DNA of 64,000 nucleotides, taken from Dendrobates tinctorius. Taxonomy: Eukaryota. The notes below the pieces were generated by a model. That model made no database searches. It was not told the origin of the DNA and saw nothing but the letters and a program-made list of their open reading frames with translations. Below, in pieces: positions 47,120 to 60,475 of the stretch. The DNA lies in the NCBI RefSeq assembly GCF_039654945.1, contig NW_027361696.1, forward strand, positions 11,842,001 through 11,906,000. Reading direction: 5' to 3'. Made by a program: the position numbers and the translations under genes. Every line of letters begins with the position of its first letter. The first letter of the stretch is position 1.

Positions 47120-47490
47120 AACAAGAGGGACGGGGAAGGTGTTATCCACAGACTGTCCAGGGGGTGGGAATGTATGTCTCACAACCGGTCAGGGTGAGGG
47201 AAAAGTGTGTTGCACTATCTGTCAGGATGATGGGAAAGCAGCACCCATAGCCTTTCCGGTGGGTGGGAAAGTTGCATTTCTAGCCTGCCTGGATGGTGGG
47301 AAAGGAGTTACCCACAGCTTGTCGGGATGGTGGTAAAGTGGTATGCACAGCCTATCAGGGGGACGGCAAAGTAGGGTCCCTAGTCTGTGAGGATGGTGGG
47401 AAGGTGTCGCCCACAGACTATCAGAGTGGCAGGAATGTAGTATTCACAGTTGGTTAGGGTGGTGGGAAAGTTGGATCTGCAGCCTGTCAA
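47120..47490. repeat. Degenerate 33-bp tandem repeat (cacagcctgtcaggatggtgggaaag...)
   Basis: gtgggaa-like core recurs about every 33 bp, roughly 10 times. Confidence 0.65.
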
Positions 47491-47987
47491 AAGTAAATGG
47501 AAAAATGTTATTATCCCCTGGGAAGATAGCCTGCCTGGCCATTGCCACCCATGGCCCGAGAGCCCAGGACTGGCTCAGAATATGTCCTGGAGGGTTTCAT
47601 GTAAGGTTGGGGCCTTAGCGTCACTTCTGGCTATGTCTAGCCAGGAGTCTCAGACTTATCTGGTTGCGCTGAGTGACCCCTCAGAGAAGCCTATCTCCAA
47701 ATCTCAGACATATAGGGTACTGTGGGATCCAGGCAAGGTGGGCTGTGTGGTGATCTGTAACAGTCCCGATGCCACCTCAAAAAGTTGTAGGTGTCATAGA
47801 AAATATTAAAATCCATAGCACATCTCCAGGGTGGGGGCATTTCCCCTTCTCCTCTCTCACACAGAATTTCTGAAGGACAAAAGAGCTTGCAATCTAAGAG
47901 CCTCCTTGAAGTAGAATTGCACAATTGACATATGGGGTTAAGGAAATTATTGGTAGCTAAGAAGTGACAAAACTAATTAAAACTCCC

Positions 47988-48146
47988 TGCAAAGAGTTTG
48001 CTAAAAAAAACACATGAAGGACTCCCAGACTATGAGAAATAAGATTCTCTGGTCTGATGAAACAAAGATAGAACTTTTTTGTGATAATTCTAAGCGGCAT
48101 GTGTGGAGAAAACCAGGCGCTGCTCATCACCTGCCCACTACAATCC
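47988..48146 (+). mobile_element. Tc1 transposase fragment, inverted copy of 46057-46213
   Basis: [39 protein letters not shown]. Confidence 0.85.
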
Positions 48147-49027
48147 TGTCAGAAAAATGAGTTATTTCCTGATATCCCAGATACTCATCCAGCTGAATTA
48201 CTGCCCTTCCCCTTTAGGTTTGTAAAAAAACAAGTTTCACAAGCATTCCCCCTCGCAGCTGCAGCCCCCTCTCTCTCTGCTCTGTGAAACCCTATCTTCT
48301 CCCCCCTCCCTTCAGCAGTTGGTCACTTTTATTGCATCTGGCCAGTTAAATGAGGTCTTTCCCTCCAATATTTCCTTTGTCCATTCCAGGTCGAATTTAA
48401 TAACCCACAATCATCCTAGAGACATGAAAAAGATATTTCCAGACTCAGCATAAATACGGCTACGCATGGCAACGTTTTGCAGCCAGTACGCCCATCAGAA
48501 ATCTGGGAAACAGTTTATGCCCCCAGTAACACACAGACATGTCAAATTTGGTCTCAAAAGGATGGTCTCATCACAGGGGAACAGGTAATGCCCCTGCCAT
48601 CACCCTGTGAGCCCCCCCAGCCAAACATATGGAAAGGAAGGAGTTTTAATAACTTTTCAAAAGGGGCATATGGCCTCTAACCCAGCCCACCAAGTGAGGT
48701 CAGCAAGAGAGGAGTCCTTTGGTTCTGGGCAAATGCATAAAGTTGAGACGCTCAATTGGAGGAGGTGTCGGATGCCAGGAGAGCCAGCTAAGATGCTGTG
48801 CTGATGAACCATTTTCCTTGGGAAGGCCCTCCTCCCCTTTATCACAAGTCATATCTGTGACTGAGATAGAGTAAGTTTCTTAGTTACAAATAAAAGGGAT
48901 TAAAATGTCTGTACATACTGTATTTTGTCTCCTTTTTTAATATCTTTTGTATTTTTGTAAACACTGCCTATATTTTCTGGAGTAAACTTATAAATATACT
49001 AGTTTCGTTCTTTTTGCTCTATAATTG

Positions 49028-49422
49028 TTAAATCTCTTATTTATTGAGTTTTGTATTTTAAATTACAGAAGGTACAATAATCATATACAATAAGTACAGT
49101 TAGCACTATAAGTACCTTTAAGGGTATAGACAAGCCAAACATTAAATGTTCATATTTAAAGAAATATGATATACAACTAGTAAAAGTATAAAGAAGAAGC
49201 ATTACATTACATCGTACCACTTCAAGATCCTCTTTTTCATATTGACATGACCCTTCTGTGTTTCTATTAATATTAATACTAGTATCCATATATTTGTTTT
49301 TGTTTTTGTGAACCACATAAATGGATAAGCATATCTAGTATATTGGCTATTAGTAAGCTTATAGAATAGAATAAGTATTGAACTTCTCGTGTAATCTAGA
49401 CAAGCGGGTCCAGAAATACCTA
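49028..49422 (-). mobile_element. Short 5'-truncated retroposed fragment with 19-bp TSD
   Basis: TCTTTTTGCTCTATAATTG duplicated at 49009-49027 and 49423-49441; AATAAA near the 3' end on the minus strand. Confidence 0.65.
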
Positions 49423-49617
49423 TCTTTTTGCTCTATAATTGAACCGACACGTACTCCGCGCCAAATCACGCTACCTGTGGGTCGGTTCCTGACCCGATAT
49501 AAGCTTTAGTATCAAACGAGGAACTGGTGGCAGCGAAGCATCCTGGTGGTATTGGGAAACTCTGAAAGTGACGGATCGGAGGTTTCTGTGTGTATTCCTT
49601 GCCTGGGATTGGTGATA

Positions 49618-51252
<1,635 letters not shown>

Positions 51253-51946
51253 TATACACGCCGTCCTCACTGCAGAGTGCCCGATAGCCAATACGCAACA
51301 AGGCAGCCTTTCTGGGTACTACTTATCCTAGGTGCAGTGCCCTGACTGACCTGAGGATAAGGGAGGTGCCAGAGGGCTGCAAGTTGCTAACCGGAACTGA
51401 AAGTGGAACCAAATGTTGTGGGGTGATATGTCTCATGACAAATTGATTTATATATATATCCCCGGAAGTAAAAACAAAATTCTGACGAGTACAGATAATT
51501 AAACAGGAAATATCTGTTTTGAGGTCCAGATAACAAAAGGACATGTGTTTACGCATAGATGGTGAAGTGGAGAAGTCTCCTTTGTCCCCAGGAAAGATAT
51601 CCTGAGTTTAAAGTAAACTTTACATCTGCAACTAGTCATTTGGGCACAGGTGGAAAAATTTTGGGGTTTGTATACATCTGATGTTAATGGAACATTTTCA
51701 ACTTCAGGACTAGTTGGGGAAAAATATGCATTTTTTTTTTTTTAACTATGATACCTGGCTATAAGCTCCAAATCAATAGTGACCAGATCGCTGACAATAG
51801 CTATGTCAGGTTTCCCATCTATGGAAAGGTAAAATCCCAATAAAAAAATATGACGGTGATATCAAACTCCTGTGATCGTCAAGAGTGTAGATATTGTGAA
51901 TGTTTGGAATATCATTTTCTGAAATTGAAGTCACATTTCATGACCA

Positions 51947-51988
51947 GCCCCTGATGAAGCCAGTTTTATCTGGCGACACGTGTTGGGC
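51947..51988 (+). ncRNA. Degenerate minimal type I hammerhead-ribozyme-like motif, probably Penelope-associated
   Basis: GCCC-CTGATGA-A-GCCAG(ttttat)CTGGC-GACAC-GTGTT-GGGC; stems I and II pair; core GAAA reads GACA. Confidence 0.45.
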
Positions 51989-52319
51989 ACATCTTGTGCC
52001 CTTGTCTCCTCCACCTACTTTATTTGCAGGACAAGCCTCCATCACCCACAGGTCACTTTCTTTTAGGTGTCTTTTACAACCGCTCTTCAGGTAGTATATT
52101 GTCTTTGGACCCACTTCTGGGCACCATTGATTTTGGTACTGCATCTACCTGACCTTGAGATCTTTTTTCATACTAAGTTCCATTCAGAGCAGTGTTTTAT
52201 AATGGAATGTTATCTATTTGGTCCTGGGATTTCCCCAGAAAACTTTTGCTCTCCTTAGATCCGGATAATAGAAACCACATATGTGGTGTTGCCGCAGACA
52301 TTTTCACTTTGGGCGCTAA

Positions 52320-52590
52320 GGCTAGGTTCACATTAGCGTTTGAGTCCACAGCGTATCATCCGCATGCAAAAAGGCATGTTTACGCAGAGTTTTTTATGCG
52401 TATCATCTTACGCATGATGGAAAAAATGCTGTGTGTGCATGCGTTTGTATGCAATTTTGCATGCATTTGGGTTGTTTATGCGCATGCGTTTGATATGACA
52501 TCAGACAAAAATGGGCGTGTCTCATGGGATTTATATATGTATGTTGAATAATGCATGAGTATCGAACGCATGAGTATCGAACGCATGCGT
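52320..52590. mobile_element. Truncated Harbinger-like MITE
   Basis: TAA|GGCTAGGTTCACA start resembling the other MITEs; no right TIR found. Confidence 0.4.
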
Positions 52591-52894
52591 ACGCGAAACG
52601 CGCGTTGGGGATGCATGATCTGACTGCTTACTTCGACCTATTTGGGTGAGACTTTGCTCAGTGCTAGATGGTGTCTTTTGTAGCTTTTGGGTGTTCACGG
52701 GGCCATAATTATGGTGATAATTTAATTTTATTTGATCCTGCTCCACCCACAGTAATTTTGTGATTTTCTGGTACTGTGAAAGTGTTGTAATATATATATA
52801 TATATAGTATAGTATAGTATATTATACCATTATGATGTCTCTCTATGGTCTCTGAATGCCAGGTCCATATATATATGTAAATGTGTCGGATCTA

Positions 52895-55066
52895 TTAATA
52901 ATAATAATGATTATAAATTTTATTTCTATAGCGCTGACATATTCCGCAGCACTTTACATTTCAGAGGGGACTTGTACAGACAATAGACATTACAGCATAA
53001 CAGTAATCACATAGATCATAACAGATACCAAGAGGAATGAGGGCCCTGCTCGCAGGCTTACAATCTATGAGGAAAAAAGGGGAGACACGAAAGGTGGGTA
53101 GTAACAGTTGCCCTGATTGTATGGACAAGCCATAATGTTAAGTGTGTAACAGTACGGATGCAGAGGGCTAATGGATGCATAAAGCATGTGGGAACATGAT
53201 GCGGGGAACCTGGTTATGGTAAAAAACTTTTGGCTGTGCCACATAGGGATAGATTAGGTTAATGTGTTGAGGCGGTAGGCCAGTCTGAATAAATGCGTTT
53301 TCAGGGCACGCTTAAAATTGTGGGGATTGGGGACTAATCATATTGACCTGGGAAGTGCATTCCAAAGAATTGGCGCAGTATGTGTATAGTCTTGAAGACG
53401 GGAGGGGGAGGTTCTGATTATTGAGGATGCTAACCTCAGGTCATCAGCAGAACGGAGGGCGCGAGTAGGATGGTATACTAAAACAAGGGAGGAGATGTAG
53501 GGTGGTGCTGAGCAATGAAGAGCTTTGTGGGTGAGGGTAATAAGTTTGTACTGGATTCTGGAGTGGATGGGTAGCCAGTGTAATGACTGGCACAAGGTAG
53601 AGGCATCGGTGTAACGATTGGCGAGGAATATGATCCTGGCAGCTGCATTCAAGACAGATTGGAGGGGGGAGAGTTTGGTAAGAGGGAGACCGATTAGAAG
53701 GGAGTTACAATAGTCGAGACGAGAATGAATAAGAGAAATAGTAAGAGTTTTTGCAGAATCAAAAGTAAGAAAAGGTCGAATTCTAGAAATGTTTTTGAGG
53801 TGCAGATAACAAGAGCGAGCCAGTGATCGGATGTGGGGGACAAAGGAAAGCACAGAGTCAAGTATGACCCCAAGACAGTGGGCATGTTGCTGGTGAGTAA
53901 TAATAGAACCACACACGGAAATGGCAATGTCGGGTATAGGTACATTAGTAGAGGGAGGAAACACAAGGAGTTCAGCCTTTGACAGGTTCAGTTTCAGATA
54001 TTGTGAGGACATGATGTTAGACACAGCGTTTAGACAATCGCCGGTGTTTTCTAGAAAGGCTGGCGTGATGTCAGGAGAAGAAGCGTATAATTGAGTGTCA
54101 TCAGCATAGAGATGGTACTGGAAACCAAATCTACTGATTGTTTGACCAATAGGGGCAGTATACAAAGAGAAGAGGAGGGGGCCTAGAACCGATCCTTGAG
54201 GAACCCCAAGAGTAAGGGGAAGATGAGAGGAGGAGGAGCCAGCAAAAGATACAGTAAAGGAGCGGTCAGAGAGATAGGAGGAGAACCAGGAGAGAACGGT
54301 GTCCTTGAGGGCAGTGGAACGGAGCATAGTGAGGAGGAGCTGATGATCCACAGTGTCGAATGCTGCAGAGAGATCCAAGAGCATTAGCATGGAGTAATGA
54401 CCATTTGATTTAGCTGATAGTAGATCATTAGAGACTTTAGTGAGGGCAGTTTCAGTAGAATGTAAAGAGCGGAAACCGGATTGGAGAGGGTCGAGAAGAG
54501 AGTTTTCTGAGAGATAGCGGATAAGACGGGAGTGCACCAGGCGTTCCAGGAGTTTAGAGATGAAGGGAATATTAGAGACAGGTCTATAGTTAGTGGCACA
54601 GTTTTGGGCGAGGGATGGTTTTTTAAGTAGTGGATATATGATGGCATGCTTAAATGAGGAGGGAAAGATACCAGAAGAGAGAGAGAGGTTAAATATTTTA
54701 GATAGGTGAGGGGTGACAGCAGGGGAAAGGGTCAGGAGCAGATGTGACGGAAATGGGTCACTGGTGCAAGTGGTTGGGCAGGAAGATGCAAGGAGCCTGC
54801 TTACTTCTTCTTCTGTGACTGGTTCAAAGTCAGAGTGAGCTAGATGCAGTGGGGGAGGGAGGACAGTGCATGGTATGAGATGACTGGGAGATAATTTCTT
54901 GTCGGATCTGGTCAATTTTTTCTTTGAAGTAGTTGGCCAGATCGTCAGCTCGAAGCTCCGTGGTATGGGTCTGTACTCTTGGGTTGAGTAGAGAATGAAA
55001 AGTGTCAAAGAGACGTTTAGGGTTATTGGACAGTGAAGTGATGAAGGTGTTGAAATACGTTGTCAT
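52895..55066 (-). mobile_element. LINE-2 (L2 clade), 5'-truncated
   Basis: RT ORF 53338-55008 with [46 protein letters not shown]; 3' tail ending in (ATT)n. Confidence 0.92.
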
Positions 55067-57043
55067 GTGTCCTTCACTTTGATTTTCTTGTCCATGTATT
55101 ATTTTTAATATGTATAATTTTTGAATATGATATCTTATGAGATTAATTAATAAATTATTTGTGACATTTTATATGGGTATGTTGTACTCCTTTTCTGTTT
55201 CTTGTATATAGCCTTATTTGGAGTATACCTATTTTTAGTAGTGGTTGTTTTTATTGATTTAATCCATTTTCTGGATTTTTTATTCATTTTTTTTATTGAT
55301 CCTGTTTAATTTTATGTAAGTGAATATGCCATATTGTTTGTCCCCTTTGTAAATTTTTTTTATATTTTTTATAAACACTGCCTATCATTCTGGGTGAAAT
55401 AGAAAATTTAATAGGTGGTATTTTTGCAAATACTTCCTGTACCACATGCCACGCCAGAGAGGCAACGGGAGATTAGGGAGGTTAATAAGTGGCTCAAGAA
55501 TTGGTGTAGGAAGGAGGGGTTTGGGTTCCTGGAGAACTGGGCCGACTTCTCAGTTGGCTACAGGTTCTACGCTAGGGACGGGCTGCACCTCAATGGGGAG
55601 GGTGCAGCTGTGCTGAGGGAGAAAATGGCTAGAAGGTTGGAGGAGTGTTTAAACTTTGGACTGGGGGGAGGGTATTCATTTTATAGGAGGGGAAGACAGT
55701 GCAGATAGTGACCTGGACTCAAAAAAATTGGGGGTGGTGTCGGGGGTGGGGTTAGAACAGTCAATATTTTAAGAAAGAACAGAGGTACAGAGAGATACAT
55801 AAAGTGCATGTATACTAATGCCAGAAGCCTCAGCAACAAAATGGAGGAATTAGAATTAATTTTGTTGGAACATTATTTGGAAATATCTTGAGACATGGCT
55901 GGACGAGAGCCATGACTGGGCGGTTAATTTACAGGTCTATAGTCTGTTCAGAAATGACCGTACAAATAAGCGAGGGGGAGGCGTGTTTATAGGTAAAATT
56001 ATCCTTAAAACCCATCCTTCGTGATAATATATGTGAATCTAATGAAAATGTAGAGTCCCTGTGGGTGGAGATAAGGGGAGGGGGGAAAAATAATAAATTA
56101 CTGATAGGGGTTTGTTATAAGTCTCCAAAAATAATGGAAGCAACGGAGAATATCCTCATAAAGCAAATAGATGAAGCTGCGACTCAAGGAGAAGTCATTA
56201 TTATGGGGGACTTCAACTACCCTGAAATACATTGGGGAACCGAAACCTGCAGTTCCAGCAAAGGTAATAGGTTTTTGACAACTATGAGAGACAATTACCT
56301 TTCACAACTGGTTCAGGACCCAACAAGAGCGGGGGCACTGCTAGACCTAATATTAACCAACAGGCCAGACCGCATATCAAATGTAAGGGTTGGGGGTCAC
56401 TTGGGTAATAGTGATCACAAAATAATAAGTTTTCATGTATCCTTTAATAAGAAGTGTAGTAGAGGGGTTACAAGGACACTAAACTTCAGGAAGGCAAATT
56501 TCCAACGGATAAGAGATGATCTTGGTGCAATTAACTGGGACGATATCCTGAGACATAAAAATACACAAAGAAAATGGGAGACGTTTATTAGCATCCTGAA
56601 TAGGACCTGTGCACAATATATACCGTATGGGAATAAACATGCGAGAAATAGGAGGAAACCACTATGGCTAAATAGAGCTGTAAGGGGCGCAATAAAAGAT
56701 AAAAATAAAGCATTTAGAGAATTAAAGCAAGTAGGTAGTGATGAGGCATTAAATAAATACAGAAGATTAAATAAATTCTGTGAAAAGCAAATCAAGACAG
56801 CAAAGATTGAGACAGAGAGACTCATTGCCAGAGAAAGTAAAAATAATCCCAAAATATTCTTTAACTACATAAATAAGAAGCTAAAAAATGATAGTGTTGG
56901 CCCCCTTAAAAATAGTCTGGGTGAAATGGTGGATGAGGATGAGGAAAAAGCCAATATGCTAAATGACTTTTTTCCAACAGTATTTACACAAGAAAATCCC
57001 ATGGCAGATAAGATGATCAGTGATAACAAAAATTCTCCATTAA

Positions 57044-59808
57044 CCCCTTCACACCCGAGCCTGTTTTTGCCTTCGTGACCGGACCAATTTTTTCAATTCT
57101 GACCAGTGTCACTTTATGAGGTCATAACTCTAGAACGCTTCAACGGATCCTACTGATTCTGACATTGTTTTCTCATGACATATTGTACTTCATGGTGGTG
57201 GTAAAAATTTTTAGATATGAGCTGCGCTTATTTGTCAAAAAAATCAAAATTTAATTTTTATGCCCTTAAATCAGAGAGTGATATCGCACAAAATAGTTAA
57301 TAAATAACATTTCCCACATGTCTACTTTACATCTGCACAATTTTGGAAACATAATTTTTTTTTTTAGGAAGTTATAAGGGTTAAAAGTTGACCAGCGATT
57401 TCTCATTTTTACAACAAAATTTGCAACACCATTTTTTTTAGGGACCACCTCACATTTGAAGTGAGTTTGGGGGGTCAATTTGACAGAAAATACCCAAAAG
57501 TGACACCATTCTAAAAACTGCACCTCTCAATGTACTCAAAACCACATTCAAGAAGTTTATTAACCCTTCAGGTGCTTCACATGAATGAATGGAATATGGA
57601 AGGAAAAAATAAACATTTAACTTTTTTTCACAAACATTTTACTTCAAAACCATTTTTTTTTATTTTCACAAGTGTAAAAAGAGAAAATGAACCACAAAAT
57701 TATTTGTGCAATTTCTCCCGAATACGCAGATACCCCGTATGTGGGGCTAAACCACTGTTTGAGCACACGGCAGAGCTCAGAACGGAAGGAGTGCCGTTTG
57801 ACTTTTTCAATGCAGAATTGGCAGGAATTGAGATCGGATGCCATGTCACATTTGGAGAGCCCCTGATGTACCTAAACAGTGGAAACCCCCCACAAGTGAC
57901 CCCATTTTGGAAACTAGACCCCTTAAAGAACTTATCTAGATGTGTTGTGAACACTTTGAACCCCCAAGTGCTTCACAGAAGTTTATAACATAGAGCCATG
58001 AAAATAAAAAATCATTTTTTTTCCACAAAATGACCTTTTAGCCCCCAATTTTTATTTTCACAAGGGTAACAGAAGAAATTGGACCCCAAAAGTTGTTGTC
58101 CAATTAGTCCTGAGTACGCTGATACCCCATATGTGGAAGAAAACTACTGTTTGGGCACACGGTGGGGCTCGGAAGGGAAGTAGTGACGTTCTGGAATGCA
58201 GACTTTGATGGAATGGTCTGCGGGTGTCATGTGCATTTGCAGAGCCCCTGATGTACCTAAACAGTGGAAATCCCCCACAAGTGACCCAATTTTGGAAACT
58301 AGACCCCCAAGGAACTTATCTAGATGTGTGGTGAGCACTTTGAACCCCCAAGTGTTTCAGTAAAGTTTATAATGTAGAGGCGTGAAAATAAAAAAAATCA
58401 TTTTTTTCCCACAAAAATGATCTTTTAGCCCCCAATTTTTATTTTCACAAGGGTAACAGGAGAAATTGGACCCTAAGAGTTGTTGTCCAATTTGTCCTGA
58501 GTACGCTGGTACCCCATATGTGGGAGAAAACTACTGTTTGGGCACACGGTGGAGCTCGGAAGGGAAGTAGTGACGTTCTGAAATGCAGACTTTGATGGAA
58601 TGGTCTGCGGGTGTCATGTGCGTTTGCAGAGCCCCTGATGTACCTAAACAGTGGAAATCCCCCACAAGTGACCCCATTTTGGAAACTAGACCCCCCAAGG
58701 AACTTATCTAGATGTGTGGTGAGCACTTTGAACCCCCAAGTGTTTCAGTAAAGTTTATAATGTAGAGGCGTGAAAATAAAAAAATCATTTTTTCCCACAA
58801 AAATGATCTTTTAGCCCCCAATTTTTATTTTCACAAGGGTAACAGGAGAAATTGCACCCTAAGAGTTGTTGTCCAATTTGTCCTGAGTACGCTGGTACCC
58901 GATATGTGGGAGAAAACTACTGTTTGGGCACACGGTGGGGCTCGGAAGGGAAGTAATGATGTTCTGAAATGCAGACTTTGATGGAATGGTCTGCGGGCGT
59001 CATATTGCATTTACAGAGCCCCTGATGTACCTAAACAGTGGAAACCCCCAATTCTAATTCCAATCCTAACCCCAACACACCCCTAACCCTAATCTCAGCC
59101 CTAACCATAACCCTAACCACAAACCTAACACCAACACACCCATAACCTTAATCCCAGCACTAGCCATAACCCTTGCCCTAGCCCTAACCTGTGTACCTGC
59201 TTTTTTCTTTTTTTTTCTTTACTTTTTTTTATTTTTGTGACAAAATGGCTGCGCTGCGATCTGACTCATAGTAACGCCAATTCTCCTCTGATCTCACACT
59301 GACAGATGATCAGAGGAGAAGCAGCGTTACTATGTGACAAGATTGCTGCCTGGCACACAGTAACGTGACTTCTCCTCTGATCTCACAATGACAGATGATC
59401 AGAGGTGAAGCAGCGTTACTGTGTGACAAGATCGCTGCCTGACACAGCTGTGCCAGTCAGCGATCAGCTGTGCCAGGCAGCGATCTATTCACACAGTAAC
59501 CTCTGATCATCTGTCAGTGTTAGATCAGAGGAGAAGCCGCATTACAATGAGTGAGATCGCCGGGAAACAAGCAGCTTTCCCAGCGATCGCTCCCATTGGC
59601 TGCTGTGACGCTGACGTCATCAGGACCTGAACCAATCAGGTCTCGATGACGTCGGGGGTCCCAGCATGCATTGTGCACCGGGATCCCCGCGTTGTAAGGT
59701 ATGTGGGGGTCCCGGGGGGCACAAAACCGCCGACAGTAGATAAACGTCAGCGCTGCACAAAGCCCAGCAAGCGCGAACGTTTATCTACTGTGGGCGGTCG
59801 GGAAGCGG
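57044..59808. mobile_element. Non-autonomous piggyBac-like element (~2.8 kb)
   Basis: TTAA TSD, CCCCTTC...GAAGCGG termini; removal restores CR1 NSPL|NVTCLTQQEV; internal ~385-bp tandem repeat in ~3.5 copies. Confidence 0.82.
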
Positions 59809-60475
59809 TTAAATGTCACCTGCTTAACCCAGCAGGAAGTATGGCTAAAGATCACTAAAGTTGACAAATCCCCGGGCCCGGATGGCATACACCCCCGAGT
59901 ACTGCAGGAATTAAGCACAACCATAGACCATTATTTTTAATCTTTAAAGATTCCATAATAACAGGGTCTGTACCACAGGACTGGCGTATAGCAAATGAGG
60001 TGCCAATATTCAAAAAGGGGACAAAAACTGAACTTGGAATTATAGGCCTGTAAGCTTAACCTCAACTGTGGGTAAAATCCTGGAGGATTGCCTAATAGAT
60101 ACTATACTGGAGTATCTGAAGAAGAATAACCTCATGACCCAATATCAACATGGGTTTACAAGGGAGCGTTCCTGTCAGAATAATCTGATAAGCTTCTATG
60201 AAGAGGTAAGTTCCGGACTAGACCAAGGAAACGCAGTGGACGTGGTGTACATGGACTTTTCAAAAGCTTTTGATACAGTGCCACATAAAAGGTTGATACA
60301 TAAAATGAGAACAATGGGGATAGGGGAAAATATGTGTAAGTGGGTTAAGAGCTGGCCCAGGGATAGGAAACAAAGGGTGGTTATTTAATGGAACACACTC
60401 GGACTGGGTCCCGGTTAGCAGTGGGGTACCACAGGGGTCAGTTTTGGGCCCGCTTCTTTTTAACATATTTATTAA

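Noticed and set aside
59050-59190. True telomere or chromosome-fusion site
   Set aside because: Short and degenerate, and found at the same position in two copies of a transposon, so it is TE cargo.
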